47,459 nucleotides of DNA from Octopus sinensis. Taxonomy: Eukaryota. The notes under the pieces are model-generated. The model made no database searches. It saw nothing but the letters and a program-made list of their open reading frames with translations, and was not told the DNA's origin. Below, one piece after another: positions 1 to 13,099 of this stretch (position 1 is the first letter of the stretch; each line of letters opens with the position of its first letter). The position numbers were made by a program, and so were the translations under genes. The stretch is taken from NCBI RefSeq assembly GCF_006345805.1, contig NW_021834535.1, forward strand, positions 1 through 47,459, read 5' to 3'.

Positions 1-120
1 ATTTTATATAAGAAAACTTGACATTGTTAAGTGAAAAATGGTCAGTAAAAAGAGCGAATGTTGCATTGTTGATGAACCAGCAATAAAGGTACAAATGCAG
101 AGAGAAATTTAACAGTTAGT

Positions 121-148
121 ACATATACATATACATACACACACACAC

Positions 149-194
<46 letters not shown>

Positions 195-391
195 TATACA
201 TGTATATATATATATATATATAAACATATTCATATATATGTACATATATTTATATTATATGTATGTATATATAAATATATATACATATATATGCATATGT
301 ATACATATATTTGTAATATTCATATATACATACTATATATGCATGTACATATACATATACATACATAAATATATACACACATACGTATGTA

Positions 392-427
<36 letters not shown>

Positions 428-572
428 CAACGTATGTATGGGTGTATATATAATATATATATATATGTATATGTTATTGTATATTATGCTGTATATATGT
501 ATGCATATATATATATATGTATGCATGATATATACGTATATATAGTGTATATACATATATATATTGTATATA

Positions 573-608
<36 letters not shown>

Positions 609-790
609 CAGCGTATAAACGCTTGTATGTTTTCGGTGCGTACGGTTATGTATACGTATATGGCTACATACTATATCTATGTATAAGTTGCTATGTAAAT
701 ATTTACATATGTCGGGTATACCTGTGTATGTAAATATGTATGAAAATATGTTAATGTGCATCTGTATATAGATATACACTTCCATATATA
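121..790. repeat. Compound (TA)n/(TATG)n/(CA)n microsatellite
   Basis: Degenerate dinucleotide runs seen directly. The Y/I-rich ORFs here are artefacts. Confidence 0.95.
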
Positions 791-1289
791 TAGTCTACGC
801 ATATCCATCCAGAATTGAACAGCCGAAATTTGCTATGAGGGTTCGGTGTCTGACTGAAGATTGAAGGTTCGAATGATTGTCTGTGTTCCGTGTTCGTCCT
901 TCCTGTGTTTCACGTTCATTATATATAAAAACATTCATTCTATATATATATATATATATACATACGATGAAGGGCCCTTCTAGTGTACGTTATAATATAA
1001 TAAATTAATACAAAACATAGCAAACTATTACAAAAAAACAAAGCGAATGCCTCCTAGAAATTTATCGACAATAAAAATTGTTTAACTCTGAACAAAGAAA
1101 TAAAAATAATACTTTTGCGAAAAATAGTTGATATTTATTGGGAAGAAGTGAATTTTTCACCATTATCTATATTTCTGACGAAGCCAAAATCTCATGCACT
1201 ATACCTACACACACATGCAGAAAGGCAAAAATATATGCACACATGTTGAAGGACAGACTAGCGAACCACCAGACATGGTTGCCTACTTA

Positions 1290-1390
1290 CATATATATGC
1301 ATACATACATAGACACACTGACACACGTAAGCATACATATACGTGCGCATTACATATATATATATATATATTAATATATATATATATTAT

Positions 1391-1437
<47 letters not shown>

Positions 1438-1516
1438 GTGTTTCTATGCGTTTTTGAGTATACGTATATATGCAAAAATACAATTATGTAATTTATACAC
1501 ATTTGAATTATAGATA

Positions 1517-1563
<47 letters not shown>

Positions 1564-1892
1564 CATATATATAAAATAATATGAAATGTATATATATGCA
1601 TATATATAAGTATATATACATATAGATCGCTAGCCACTACACATTCTTTATTTTCTATCCTTGTTTCTTTGTCTTCCTTTCTCTGGAAGAGCGTAGGCTC
1701 GAAACGTTGAAGACATTTCGCTACACTACCTGTCTTCGTCTTTTGTTTTTTGTTTTAACTCTCCCTGTATATAAATATATTTTTTTTCTTACTTTCCAGC
1801 ATACTTGTTAGTAAAATATATATAATGCATAACAAAGTATCATAATAGCATGAGACTATTAGTAGCTATTTCAGTTGTATTAAATTGAAATA

Positions 1893-1936
<44 letters not shown>

Positions 1937-2138
1937 ACGCCTTAAGGTATTACGCTCTAATTTTCTATAATTCTTGTTTACGATTAAGAAAGCGGCTCGT
2001 TTTGCGTTGGGGAAGAAAGTTGGAAGATAAACCCAAGAAAAAAATACATACATACATGCATGGATGCATGAATGCATGCATACGTAGACACATACAGAGA
2101 TACACACATTTATATATACATATACATATATATATGTG

Positions 2139-2171
<33 letters not shown>

Positions 2172-2245
2172 GTATATGTATATGAATACATATATACATA
2201 TATATATATACATTTACATATGCATATGTATATACATATACATAC

Positions 2246-2281
<36 letters not shown>

Positions 2282-2390
2282 GAATACATATATCCATAGA
2301 GGCATATGAATGTTTACATACAGACATACACGTATATATTCATACATATTTCCATCCATTCATGCATGCATATATACATACATACATAGA
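1290..2390. repeat. Two (TA)n/(TACA)n microsatellite blocks separated by a short unique/repeat spacer
   Basis: Direct observation: blocks at about 1290-1625 and 1890-2390. Confidence 0.9.
1640..1770 (+). mobile_element. Dispersed repeat with GAAGAGCGTAGGCTCGAAAC motif (possible Penelope-like terminal fragment), copy 1
   Basis: The same motif and similar flanks recur at about 16690-16830 (+) and 18660-18785 (-). Confidence 0.55.
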
Positions 2391-2616
2391 ACAAGAATTC
2401 CAAGATATCAAACCTCATGGTTTTCTTACCTCTAGGCAAAGAAGAGCTCAACGCGTTGTTTTCTTCTGAGATATAAAATAGAAACTATTTTGACGTCTAA
2501 TGCGATTATCGCCTTTTGAAACATTTCATTCTCATACCTCAGCACCGATAGCATTGTCAGGAATACTTACACTGATGCTACGTCCACCTTGGAGCACAAC
2601 AACATTGCGCATAACC

Positions 2617-3145
2617 AATGCGGTTAGCTGGTTGAAACGTTACTGCGCCAGCAAAATGCTTAGTGGCATTTCGTCCGAAATTCTGTTCTCTGTGAAGGAA
2701 CATGTCTCAGTGGTTAGAACCTCGGCCCAACAATCATACGTTGGTGAGTTCGATTCCCGGACCGGGTGGTGTTTTGTGTTCTTGAGCAAGACACTTAATT
2801 TCACGTTACTCCAATTCACTCAGCTGTAGTAATGCGTTACGACGTCACTGCTGCTAAGCAATATCAGCTTTTGGACAACATCGGTGAGACCAGTATGTAT
2901 GTGTGACAGCTGGTCTTCCATAAACAACCTTGTCCGGACGTTTGCCTCGGAGGGTAACTTTCTAGGTGCAATCCCATGGTCATTTGTGACAGGAAAGCGT
3001 CTTTCTTTCACGCTGTGAGCTTGACTTTAGCTTTCGTCATTTGGGAGAGATAAAAGGAGTACCAGTTGGTCACTCTGGTCGTTGCAATCGTCTTGCCCCT
3101 TAGACAAAATTGCTGGCCTTGTGCCAAAATTTGAGACCAGTATTA
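2617..3145 (+). mobile_element. SINE family A copy (head 2617-2695, tail 3010-3145) interrupted by a SINE family D copy (about 2700-3005)
   Basis: The head gcggttagctgg...gcttagtggcatttcgtccg and the tail ttgactttagctttc...ggccttgtgccaaaatttgag match family A. The middle has its own A box (tcagtggttag) and B box (gagttcgattcc). Confidence 0.7.
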
Positions 3146-3309
3146 CATCGAACTACTACAGCTACTGTCAATACCCTAAACATTCAACAGCACTACTTCC
3201 AGCCTCATAAGATCTTGCAGAACAGCGATAATACACTGTCGTTAGAAACAAACTTTATCGCAACACAACCATTAATACAAAACTAAATATAAGGCTGGAT
3301 GTACGTATG

Positions 3310-3710
3310 GGAGTGTGTAACTATATGTGTGGTGTGTTTTATGGGTGTGGGTGGGTGTGTATGCCTGTGTGTATGCGAGAATGTGAGAGTGTGTGTGTAT
3401 GTGTGTGTGGGGGTGTCCGTTAGCATATAGATGCATATATGCATTCATAGATACATATTTACATATATACATTTTAAATTAATGTACGAGATTTTCGAAA
3501 TAAGGAAATATGTTCTCTCGTTCACTCATACTTTTTCTCTGTATATACAGATGCACACACGTATACATATACATGCATTCATATATACATACACACACGC
3601 ACATATTCATACATCCATCCATCCATCCATCCATATATATATTTCTATATATACATCTACATAAAAATATCTCCTTCTGTATATATATATATATATATAT
3701 AAATATATAT

Positions 3711-3754
<44 letters not shown>

Positions 3755-3970
3755 TATATATATGGTGGGGGTGGGGTTATGTGTAAATAGTTGTATTTCC
3801 CCAGCCCTATAATTTGTTGCTAATTTCCCATTTAATTCCACCTTTTCCACCTTCTGAAATACTTCTTGGCAAATTCAACATTCAATGTTGAAGAGCAAAG
3901 GACATTATTAAGTCGTGAATATTATAAATATCTCCATTGTTCCTTGCTTCCATGTTTTCATATACATACA

Positions 3971-4026
<56 letters not shown>

Positions 4027-4060
4027 TATATATATATTTTATATGTATATATATACATAA
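3310..4060. repeat. (TG)n/(TA)n/(CATC)n microsatellites
   Basis: Direct observation. Confidence 0.9.
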
Positions 4061-4119
4061 AATTTTCAATTTCACCCCCACCACACCAACATCATCATCA
4101 TCATATCATCATCATTATT

Positions 4120-4210
4120 TTTACTATTGTTATTATTATTAATTATTCTTATTAATATTATTATTATATAGTATACATAAATAATAATAATAACAACAAC
4201 CAACAACAAC

Positions 4211-4243
<33 letters not shown>

Positions 4244-4413
4244 TAATAATAATATAATAATAATAATAATAATAGTAATAATAATAATAATAATAATTAT
4301 AATAATAGTAATAATAGTAATAATAATATAATAATAACAACAACAACAACACAACAATAATATAATAATAATATAATAATAATAATGATGATAAAATATA
4401 ATAATAATAATAA

Positions 4414-4450
<37 letters not shown>

Positions 4451-4455
4451 TGATG

Positions 4456-4486
<31 letters not shown>

Positions 4487-4530
4487 TGATAATAATAATA
4501 ATAATAATGATGATAATAATAATAATAATT
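4120..4530. repeat. (TAA)n trinucleotide array with CAA/TGA variants
   Basis: Direct observation. Confidence 0.95.
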
Positions 4531-4789
4531 GATAACAACCTACAAGACCTCACAAGTTATATCAAAATTCCTTCTGACTCTATAATGAGGCTTTTCAACC
4601 TGAATGCAAGTTTCATTCATGACATCACATATACGCAATGAAAAAAAAATGCTTTAGGGGTTTTATTTTCCATTATTTATTTATTTATAATTTTCTGGGT
4701 TTTTTTTTTTCTTCTTCATTTTCCTTTTCTTTTTTTATTGCTTTTTTTTTCTCACTGCAGAACAAAATGCTCCATAAGAAAATACCACC

Positions 4790-5420
4790 GCCGATACCGT
4801 CCACGACGGCGATGACGACTACTATCACTACTAACACAACCACCACCACCACCACACAACACCACCACCACTACCATCAACATCATCACCTTCACCACAA
4901 CCACCATCATCACCATCACCACCACCACAATCACCACAATCACCTTTACCACAACCACCATCATCACCACCACCACCATCACCATCACCACCATCACCTT
5001 CACCACAACCACAATCATCACCACCACCGTCATCACCATCACCACCATCACCTTCACCACAACCACCACCATCACCACCACCATCACCATCATCACCACC
5101 ACTACCACCACCACCACCACCATCACCACCATCACCACCACCACCATCACCACCATCACCACCATCACCTTCACCACCATCACCTTCACCACCACCACCA
5201 CCATCACCACCAACATCACCATCATCACCACCACTACCACCACCACCACCACCACCACCATCACCACCACCACCACCACCACCACCATCACCTTCACCAC
5301 AACCACCATCACCACCATCACCTTCACCACAACCACCATCTTAACCACCACCATCACCTTCACCACAACCACCACCACCACCACCACCACCACCACCACC
5401 ACCGCCACTAACAATAACAA
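4790..5420. repeat. (CAC/CAT)n trinucleotide array with a recurring catcaccttcaccacaaccac submotif
   Basis: Direct observation. It gives a poly-His ORF on + and a poly-Val ORF on -. Confidence 0.9.
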
Positions 5421-6060
5421 CAATAAAGGAAAAACGCTGATCGATAACAAACCGGTTGAATTTTCTATAGTTTACCTTTATTGAAATATTATCATTTTAT
5501 TGAAGCTTGCTTTTGCTTCGGGGCTAAACATTTGTTATGCATTTAAACAGTTTTTTTCTCTCATATGACAGCAATCTATGGAAGCTATTTCTATCTATGT
5601 TGTAATATCTCTTTCTCACTATTATACAGGTACGTGTGTACGCATGCGTGCATGCATATATGTAGTATGTATGTATGTATGTATGTATCTATGTATGTAT
5701 TTAGGTATGAATGTGTGTGTATGTATGTATATGTATATATATATATATGCGTGTATGTATGTATATAAATATGGTTCTCTCAATGTCTATCTATCTATCT
5801 ATCTATCTATCTATATATCTATTTATCTATCAATCTATCTGTCTGTCTGTCTATCTATCAATCTATCTATCTAGCTATCAATTAATCTATCTATTTATCT
5901 ATCTATCAACCAATCTATCTGTTTGTCTGTCTGTTATTCCCTCCCTCCTCTCTCTCTCTCTCTCTCTATGTGTGTGTGTATATGTATATATGCATGTACA
6001 CACACACGTATACATTTATATGCGTATGTTTGTTTGAAGATGTGTATGTGTGTGTGTGTG

Positions 6061-6290
6061 TGGAGGTGCGTGGCTTAGTTGTAGGGAAATTTTATTCTTG
6101 ATCGTATGATTGTGCTTTCGATTCCTGGACCGTGCGATGCGTTGTATTCTTTAACCAAACACTTCACTTCAAATTTCTGCAGGTTCCTCAACTACTAAAA
6201 TTCATTTATCATCCGATGGATGAGCGTCCTGGTCTGGGGGAATACATTCACCAAAGAATCCGTGACATCGGCTCGAATCTTTCATCTTTT
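6061..6290 (+). mobile_element. tRNA-derived SINE family D copy
   Basis: Head tggaggtgcgtggcttagttgtagg...ctttcgattcctggaccg is similar to the element at 2700-3005. Confidence 0.65.
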
Positions 6291-6317
6291 ACACATATAT
6301 CGTTATTCCATGAATTA

Positions 6318-6540
6318 AGATGGCGATCCGGCAGAATTGTTTGCACGCCGGGCGAAATGCTCAGAGATATTTCGTCTGAACTACTTTTTGAATCCAAATT
6401 CCGCCGAGGTTGATTTTGCCTTTCATCCTTTCGGGGTCGATAAATTAAGTACCACTGAAACACTTTGGTCGATGTAATCGACTAGTGCCTTTCCCCCTGC
6501 CAAATTTCAGGCCCTGTGCCTTTAATAGAAAGGATTATTC
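6318..6540 (+). mobile_element. tRNA-derived SINE family A, full length
   Basis: ggcgatccggcagaattg...aaattccgccgaggttgattttgcctttcatcctttcggggtcgataaattaagtacc...tagaaaggattatt; many paralogues in the window. Confidence 0.9.
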
Positions 6541-7530
6541 TTCCTTGTGTTTTAAACTTTAGACTGCGCTCCTCCCGGGCCATTGTCTCGAAGGGGTTTA
6601 GTCGAAATGATTGTCCCTATTATTTACTCCCTTTTAAGTCTGGTACTTCGTGTGGCATGATCTGAATTTTGACCTATCAGCATTTTTGTCGCCTGTGTTC
6701 ACCAGAATAAAACAACACAATTTTAAAATACACGATAGAGTACATTGTGAAGTGATCACTAATACATTTAGGAGTTGTAGTATAGAGTAAGTTTAAATAA
6801 GATTTAATTCTAAATAGTGAAACAACATCCTTATATCAACACCTTATTCTGGTCATAAGATTACAAGCTGATTAATTCGTAATTTAGATAATTAAAGATT
6901 AATTAGAATGTTTAGTATGTCAGTTATAACCCGACATTGATGACTATAGATGAGGATTAGTGTAAAAGCGTATCGAAGCTATCAAGTTCGGCTTCTTTCG
7001 CCAACGGCTCTTCTTCCAAGGATCGAATACTGAAGCTCGCTCGTTACCTGCCAATTTTTTTATTCATATTTTTTGTCTTTGCCAGGTTTCTTAGGAGTTA
7101 AAATAATATATGATATTTAAATATATGATACATGCGTGACTCTAGATGCAGGCCTAGCTGTTGGGGGTATTTGTCTCCCCTTCGTAAATATATAAGGACA
7201 CAGTAAGTGTGTCGAAGCCAACAGGAAGCGTCGATGCTTCCTAGGGCTAAACAGCGGTAGTGTAATCCCCTACTGTCACGTTAAGTTGACAGTATACAAC
7301 CATTATAAATATATGATAGTTAAAATAATATATGATATTTAAATAAGATTTTAAATTTTCTTCATATGTGAATTATTTCGGAAATTATAATAAAATTTTC
7401 GAAAAGTCCCAAATAGGGATCGCTGAGAAAAAGCCTATTTATCATTTTCTATTCAATTGCAATAATAAACATTTTAATTTTTCCGAAAATATAGTATCAA
7501 ATGCGAATGTGTATGAAATACCAATGAATA

Positions 7531-7820
7531 GGGGTAGGAGTGGCTGTGTGGTAAGTAGCTTGCTAAAACCACACGGTTCCGGGTTCATTCCCACTGCGCG
7601 GCATCTTGGGCAAGTGTCTTCTGCTATAGCCTCGGGCCAACCAAAGCCTTGTGAGTGGATTTGGTAGACGGAAACTGAAAGAAGCCTGTCGTATATAGAA
7701 TAAGTACTAGGCTTACAAAGAATAGGTCCCGGGGTCGATTTGCTCGACTAAAAGGCGGTGCTCCAGCATGGCCGCAGTCAAATGACTGAAACAAGTAAAA
7801 GCGTAAAAAAGAGTAAAGAG
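7531..7820 (+). mobile_element. tRNA-derived SINE family B copy lacking the internal microsatellite segment
   Basis: Head ggagtggctgtgtggtaag...gggttcattcccactgcg and tail ggtgctccagcatggccgcagtcaaatgactgaaacaag; paralogues at 17978-18392 and 33593-33908. Confidence 0.9.
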
Positions 7821-8223
7821 AATGATATAGATGAGAAATACAAATAAAAAGAAAAAAACATTTTCGAATCAGTCAATATTTTTGTTGTTCAAAAATTGCG
7901 TTTTATGACATAAAATGTCCTCTAGAATTAATCAGAGCTTGTAATGACAAACCTTAACTACTAAATATTGTTATACACACCTCTCCGAATACAATGTACA
8001 GAAGCAATTCACTTTAAATACAACGAACAGCCGGCAGTGAGACTGTTTTTTATAAATCCCCAAATGGGGGTCATGGAAGGCAATGGGTTAATGTGCTGGC
8101 TCCTGCTGTTCTAGCATCCAGTCCAGCATTCTGTTCTCATCACTTGTGGATGCGGCCCCCGATTTACTTAAAATTCTCCACTCGTTGGGTAACGATATGA
8201 TCCAATCGAACGAAAGCGGCCGA

Positions 8224-8312
8224 AAGAATAAGTCCTGGGCTCGAGTTGTTCGACTAACGGTGGTGCTCCAGCATTGCCGCAGTCAAATGAATAAAAGAAT
8301 AAAGCTAGAGAA
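8224..8312 (+). mobile_element. SINE family B 3' fragment
   Basis: aagaataagtcctggg...ggtgctccagcattgccgcagtcaaatga. Confidence 0.8.
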
Positions 8313-8313
8313 T

Positions 8314-8315
<2 letters not shown>

Positions 8316-8370
<55 letters not shown>

Positions 8371-8555
8371 GAGACAGAAAGACAGAAAGACAGATAGGTA
8401 GATAGTCAGATAGAAAGATTGATAGATAGACAGACAGACAGATATAGAGGCATGCAGACAGACAGTCAGACAAACACAGAGATAGATAGACAGATAGACA
8501 GGCAGGTATATACGTAGATAGATAGGCAGACAGACTGACAGACAAACAGACTGAC

Positions 8556-8624
<69 letters not shown>

Positions 8625-8720
8625 TATAGCCACAGTTAGTCAGAAAGACAGACAGACCGACAGATAGGTAGATAGATAGATAGACAGATAGACAAAGAGA
8701 TAGATAGATAACTTTTTATT
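8316..8720. repeat. (GATA)n/(GACA)n tetranucleotide array
   Basis: Direct observation. Confidence 0.95.
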
Positions 8721-9023
8721 GTGGCCACACAGGGCTAAACACATAATAAAAATGGACGAAATACAATGTAGAGTTTTTTCTTTCCGAGGTGGGATGGGTG
8801 GGACATACAAAAAAAAAAGTTCGATCAATAGGGATCTGTGGGTTGTGTGGTGTATAAATATATAATGTATATATATATAAATAAAGTTCACAGTTTAGGT
8901 GTAGCCCTGGAAAGAAAAACCTACAAAAAAGACCATGGTCACCTCAGACAGTTCGAAAATGAACACATGAGTAAGTCGCCTTACCTCTTGTTGTCTCTTT
9001 TCGTCACAGATTTACAGATAGAT

Positions 9024-9056
<33 letters not shown>

Positions 9057-9415
9057 CCTAGCCGACAGGTTGTCAGCGTTCACCTTTAAGATTTACGTGA
9101 GTCTTTGCGCTTCAGTTCATTTCGTCTATCGCTATCTCCGACAACATCTTTCGCTCCATAAGTGTTTGCCACAAGGTAAGCAATATCGCGTCCTCAACAC
9201 TGGCCAATCTATTGTCAGTAACCTTGGCAACAGTCAGACGCTTCATTAAATCAAACATTTATTCTGGCTTAATCATCGTTAACTTGGGAATTGTATGGCT
9301 TTAGTAATATCTATTAACACGATTAGTGGTGTAAACCTACGCAAATATATACATATATATATATATACACACATGCACATATATATATATACATATACAT
9401 ATACATATAAATATG

Positions 9416-9446
<31 letters not shown>

Positions 9447-9503
9447 TATATATATTACATATACTATTATATACATATAATATATATATATATGTATGAG
9501 TGA

Positions 9504-9550
<47 letters not shown>

Positions 9551-9892
9551 TATGTGTGTGTGTGTGTGTGTTTGGGTGTGTTTGTCCTCTTCTACTTTTA
9601 ATTATTTGAGATCTTCCTGTAAGGAAGTAGCGAGATTCTAACATAGATAGAAAGCGCCATCGTTGTAATGTGGATAACAAAAGTAAATTCACATTTTGAA
9701 TTTCCGTAAAATCTCGCAGAACTTTACCATTCCGCTACTGATCTCTATGGCAGTACATACATTATCTTTTCTCTTCCAAAGAACAAGATTCAGCCTGTGG
9801 TTTAGGAACTTGTTAGAAGTGTGGCTGAGGACGTTCCATCGGTATTCTTTGTATTGTTTATTAACGGTAATGTTCTTTACAATCATTCCAGG

Positions 9893-9980
9893 ATTCTTTT
9901 ATTCTTTTACTTGTGTCAGTCATTTGACTGCGGCCATACTGGAGCACTACCTTTTAGTCGAGCAAATCGACCCAGGAAGC
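9893..9980 (-). mobile_element. SINE family B 3' fragment
   Basis: Reverse complement of the family B tail (cagtcatttgactgcggccatactggagcac). Confidence 0.8.
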
Positions 9981-10059
9981 ATTGAAAATTTTGGAGGAAA
10001 AATATAAATAGTAAATGAGTGGAAATCGAACCGGTGCGTGTGCTAGATTATAAGGCATT

Positions 10060-10900
10060 AGACAATATGACTCAGATGCAGCATCATTGCATATTGTTTC
10101 GGAGAGTATTTCATGTCGTATAGGGGGTAGTATCTTGATGACAATTTCTTTTCGCATAGGGGGATTGTATCTGATACTTTTAAATAGAAACTGAACGTGT
10201 GTGATGTCTTTCAAAGGAATGGGACGTAATTGATACTTTCGGTTACATCGTGGGCTCCAAGAGTTTCACTGCCTCTTGTGTTTATTAGGTATTTCGTCGC
10301 AGTCTCCTGCTCTTGGATTGCAAGCACTTAGGTTCGAAGTGTTATATGATGTGGCAGTCACGAGTCTGGGAGAGGCTATGCTTCAGATATAACAGTTTTC
10401 TCCAAGTTTTCTGGAATCATGTCAATGCATAATATGCTTTTTGGTATACAGAGCGTTTCACATCCAGGTCTTCTGTATTTGAGGGTTGCAAATCTAAGTC
10501 TTATTTGAGGTAAGTTAGCCCAGCTGTTTAGTGGATGTATGAAAGGTCATCAGGAAGAGCGTGCTTCCCGAAGTTCTCACCCTCAACGCGTAGGATGTCG
10601 TTCTCTTTACAGATCTATATGTATTCATTTTTGCTGCTATTCTTTATCAGATCTGCGAGAGACTGTACAACATTGAAAAGCTGTCGGCACTGATCTCAAG
10701 CCTCTGCCATCTTGATCTCTTCGTAGGGAGAGCCTGTTGATATCACTGTTTCTGGGGGCTTGCACGTTTCTATGACAATAAGATACATTCCGTCTAAAGT
10801 CCAGTCAAGTATTCGATATTTAAGGACACTTGACTCCTGTCTCAAATGCATCGTAGAATAAGTTCAGTTTCGACTACCGTAATTTTTTAAAGTCTAGGAA
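10060..10900 (+). pseudogene. Heavily decayed LINE-like ORF2 remnant (clade uncertain)
   Basis: Non-microsatellite, GC-richer block. Translation near 10780-10890 (..YSIFKDT*LLSQMHRRISSVST..) loosely resembles the PIFKKG...NYRPISL motif upstream of LINE RT domains. Many stops. Confidence 0.3.
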
Positions 10901-11234
10901 AATATTCTAGTGTCACAGTGTGTATGTATGTATTTATGTTGGTATGTATCTATGTGCATGTATACGTATGCATTTATGTATGCATGTACGTATGTATGCA
11001 TGTATGCATGTATGCATGCATGTATATATGCATGAACGTATGATTGCATGCAAACATGCATGTGTGTATGTATGTCCTGTATATATTTCTACAATATTTC
11101 ATCGACAGCAAGAACTAGGTACTAAAATTAAGAGGACTTATTCGTCGAAATATAGGGCGACTAATGTGTATATATATATAAATATGTGTGTGTGTGTGTG
11201 TGTGTTTATGGCAGTATACCTTTTATGGATGGGA

Positions 11235-11617
11235 TGGAAGCACTCCGTCGGCTACGACGACGAGGGTTCCGGTTGATCCGATCAACGGAACAGCCTGCTC
11301 GTGAAATTAACGTGTAAGTTGCTGAGCACTCCATAGGCACGTGCACCCTTAACGTAGTTCTCGGGGATATTCAGCGTGACACAGAGAGTGACAAGGTCGG
11401 CCCTTTGAAATACAGGTACAACAGAAACAGGAAGTAAGAGTGAGAGAAAGTTGTGGTGAAAGAGTACAGCAGGGATCACCACCATCCCCTGCAGGAGCCT
11501 CGTGGAGCTTTAGGTGTTTTCGCTCAATAAACACTCACAACGCCCGGTCTGGGAATCGAAACCGCGATCCTATGACCGCGAGTCCGCTGCCCTAACCACT
11601 GGGCCATTGCGCCTCCA
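11235..11617 (-). mobile_element. tRNA-derived SINE family C, full length
   Basis: Minus strand begins tggaggcgcaatggcccagtggttagggcagcggactcgcgg...gtttcgattcccagacc, with clear A and B boxes. May correspond to a described octopus tRNA-SINE (OK/OR1/OR2); not verified. Confidence 0.85.
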
Positions 11618-11984
11618 TATACCTTTTATATAAAGTATACTACTAGGTATATGCATACATAAACAGATTGATGCATACGTGTTTGCCTGTACGCATATAT
11701 GTATGTCTCTACATATAGTTATGTATGTGTGTCTACACAAGCATAGGCCTATGCATTTACTGCAAACAGACACGCACACACACACACATGCATACACACA
11801 GTCACAACACACACACCCATATATATATATACGCTCTCAAATATACGTGTGTATATGTAACCCCTTCCCCCTACTTTATCCCTTCTGAACACAAAGGAAG
11901 AGATATTGAACAGATATTGCTACAACAAGACATCATGGCATGTCGTATGCTTTCATTTATAAATCAATATCATTAAGCAACATT

Positions 11985-11985
11985 C

Positions 11986-12056
<71 letters not shown>

Positions 12057-12115
12057 TAATAATAATAATAATCAGAAGAAGAAGAAGAAGAAAAAAAGAG
12101 AAAGAAGAAAAAGGA
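11985..12115. repeat. (TAA)n followed by (GAA)n
   Basis: Direct observation. Confidence 0.95.
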
Positions 12116-12309
12116 TAATTTTGAATATTCAAATGATGTCTTACATCGACACAAGGCCACCACGAACGTTAGAGGACGAAAATGTCATCGATTTTATCGA
12201 CTCCAGTAACTGACTGGTACATTATTAAATCGAACCAATAATAATAACTATGATAATAATAATAATGATAACAACAACAACAACAACAACAACAACAATA
12301 ATAATATTT

Positions 12310-12520
12310 TCTTTTACAGGCAGAAGGGTTGAAACTTTGATGGAAGGGGCCAGTCGATTTCATAGACGCCAGTGCTGAACTAATATTTATTTAACCGAAG
12401 TCAGAAATATAAAAAGCTGAGTCGACCTCGATGGAGTTTGAACTCAGAAGCTAAAGTGGTGAAAGAAATGTCGCTATGCATTTTATGCGGCGAGGTAACG
12501 CTTCTGCTAGGCCGCCACCT
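12310..12520 (-). mobile_element. SINE family A, diverged copy
   Basis: Reverse complement of the family A head and core (gtcgacctcgatggagtttgaactcagaa...ctgctaggccgccacc). Confidence 0.75.
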
Positions 12521-12527
12521 CATCAAT

Positions 12528-12770
12528 AATACAATAATAGACAGAACCATCAAAGCTAATAAACCAGATATTGGTATAAAAGGCCAAAATAATAAAGTCT
12601 GTTTATTGATTGACATGTGTCTCCATTGTGATCATAATATTGAAGCAAATGAATTTCATAAGCTCAGAAAATATAAAGATTTGCTCATTGAAATCGGACA
12701 GAAGTTGCATTTCAATGCAGTTACAATATATATGATTGTTCCTGCACTAGGAATGATCAAATGTGTTTGC
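12528..12770 (+). pseudogene. R4/Dong-like non-LTR retrotransposon, restriction-like endonuclease (REL) fragment
   Basis: DRTIKANKPDIGIKGQNNKVCLLIDM...KLRKYKDLLIEI...ALGMIK fits the PD..D..K REL motif pattern of R4-clade elements. Confidence 0.85.
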
Positions 12771-12801
12771 TCCTCTTGATATCATGTCAAATGCTCGATA
12801 T

Positions 12802-13015
12802 TTTTTTCTACTCTAGGCACAAGGCCCGACATTTTTGGAGAGGGGGCTAGTCAATTAGATCGACCCAGTATGCAACTGGTTCTTAATTTATCGACCTGGA
12901 AAGGGTGAAAGGCAAAGTCGACCTCGGAGGAATTTGAACTCAGAACGTAAAGACAAACAAAATAAGGCTAAGCATTTCGCCCGGCGTGCTAATGTGTCTG
13001 CCAGCTTGCCACCTT
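12802..13015 (-). mobile_element. SINE family A, full length
   Basis: Complete reverse-complement copy. A second tail fragment follows at about 13020-13065. Confidence 0.9.
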
Positions 13016-13099
13016 AATATTCTTTTCTATTCTAGGCACAAGGCCCGAAATTTTGGGGGCGGAGATGTTATGCTATCACCTGAGGTCAGTGTATCAATG

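Noticed and set aside
38-88. Possible first exon MVSKKSECCIVDEPAIK|gtacaa
   Set aside because: Short, weak donor, window edge, no homology recognised.
4638-5450. 257-aa poly-His ORF (+) and 232-aa poly-Val ORF (-)
   Set aside because: Both strands are open only because (CAC)n lacks stops. The start lies in AT-rich low-complexity sequence, and there is no signal peptide or Gly/Ala-His motif like squid beak His-rich proteins.
8898-8975. 72-nt exon-like unit (VALERKTYKKDHGHLRQFENEHM) with a GTAAGT donor
   Set aside because: The acceptor has no pyrimidine tract, and the segment looks like part of a dispersed repeat continuing from 8715-8840. No supporting neighbouring exon.
9117-9182. 60-nt exon-like unit with a GTAAGC donor
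   Set aside because: A competing donor lies 19 nt upstream of the acceptor, two frames are open, and neither peptide is recognisable.
11540-11617. tRNA-like sequence with A and B boxes
   Set aside because: It is a SINE head. The acceptor and anticodon stems do not close, and it continues into the SINE body.
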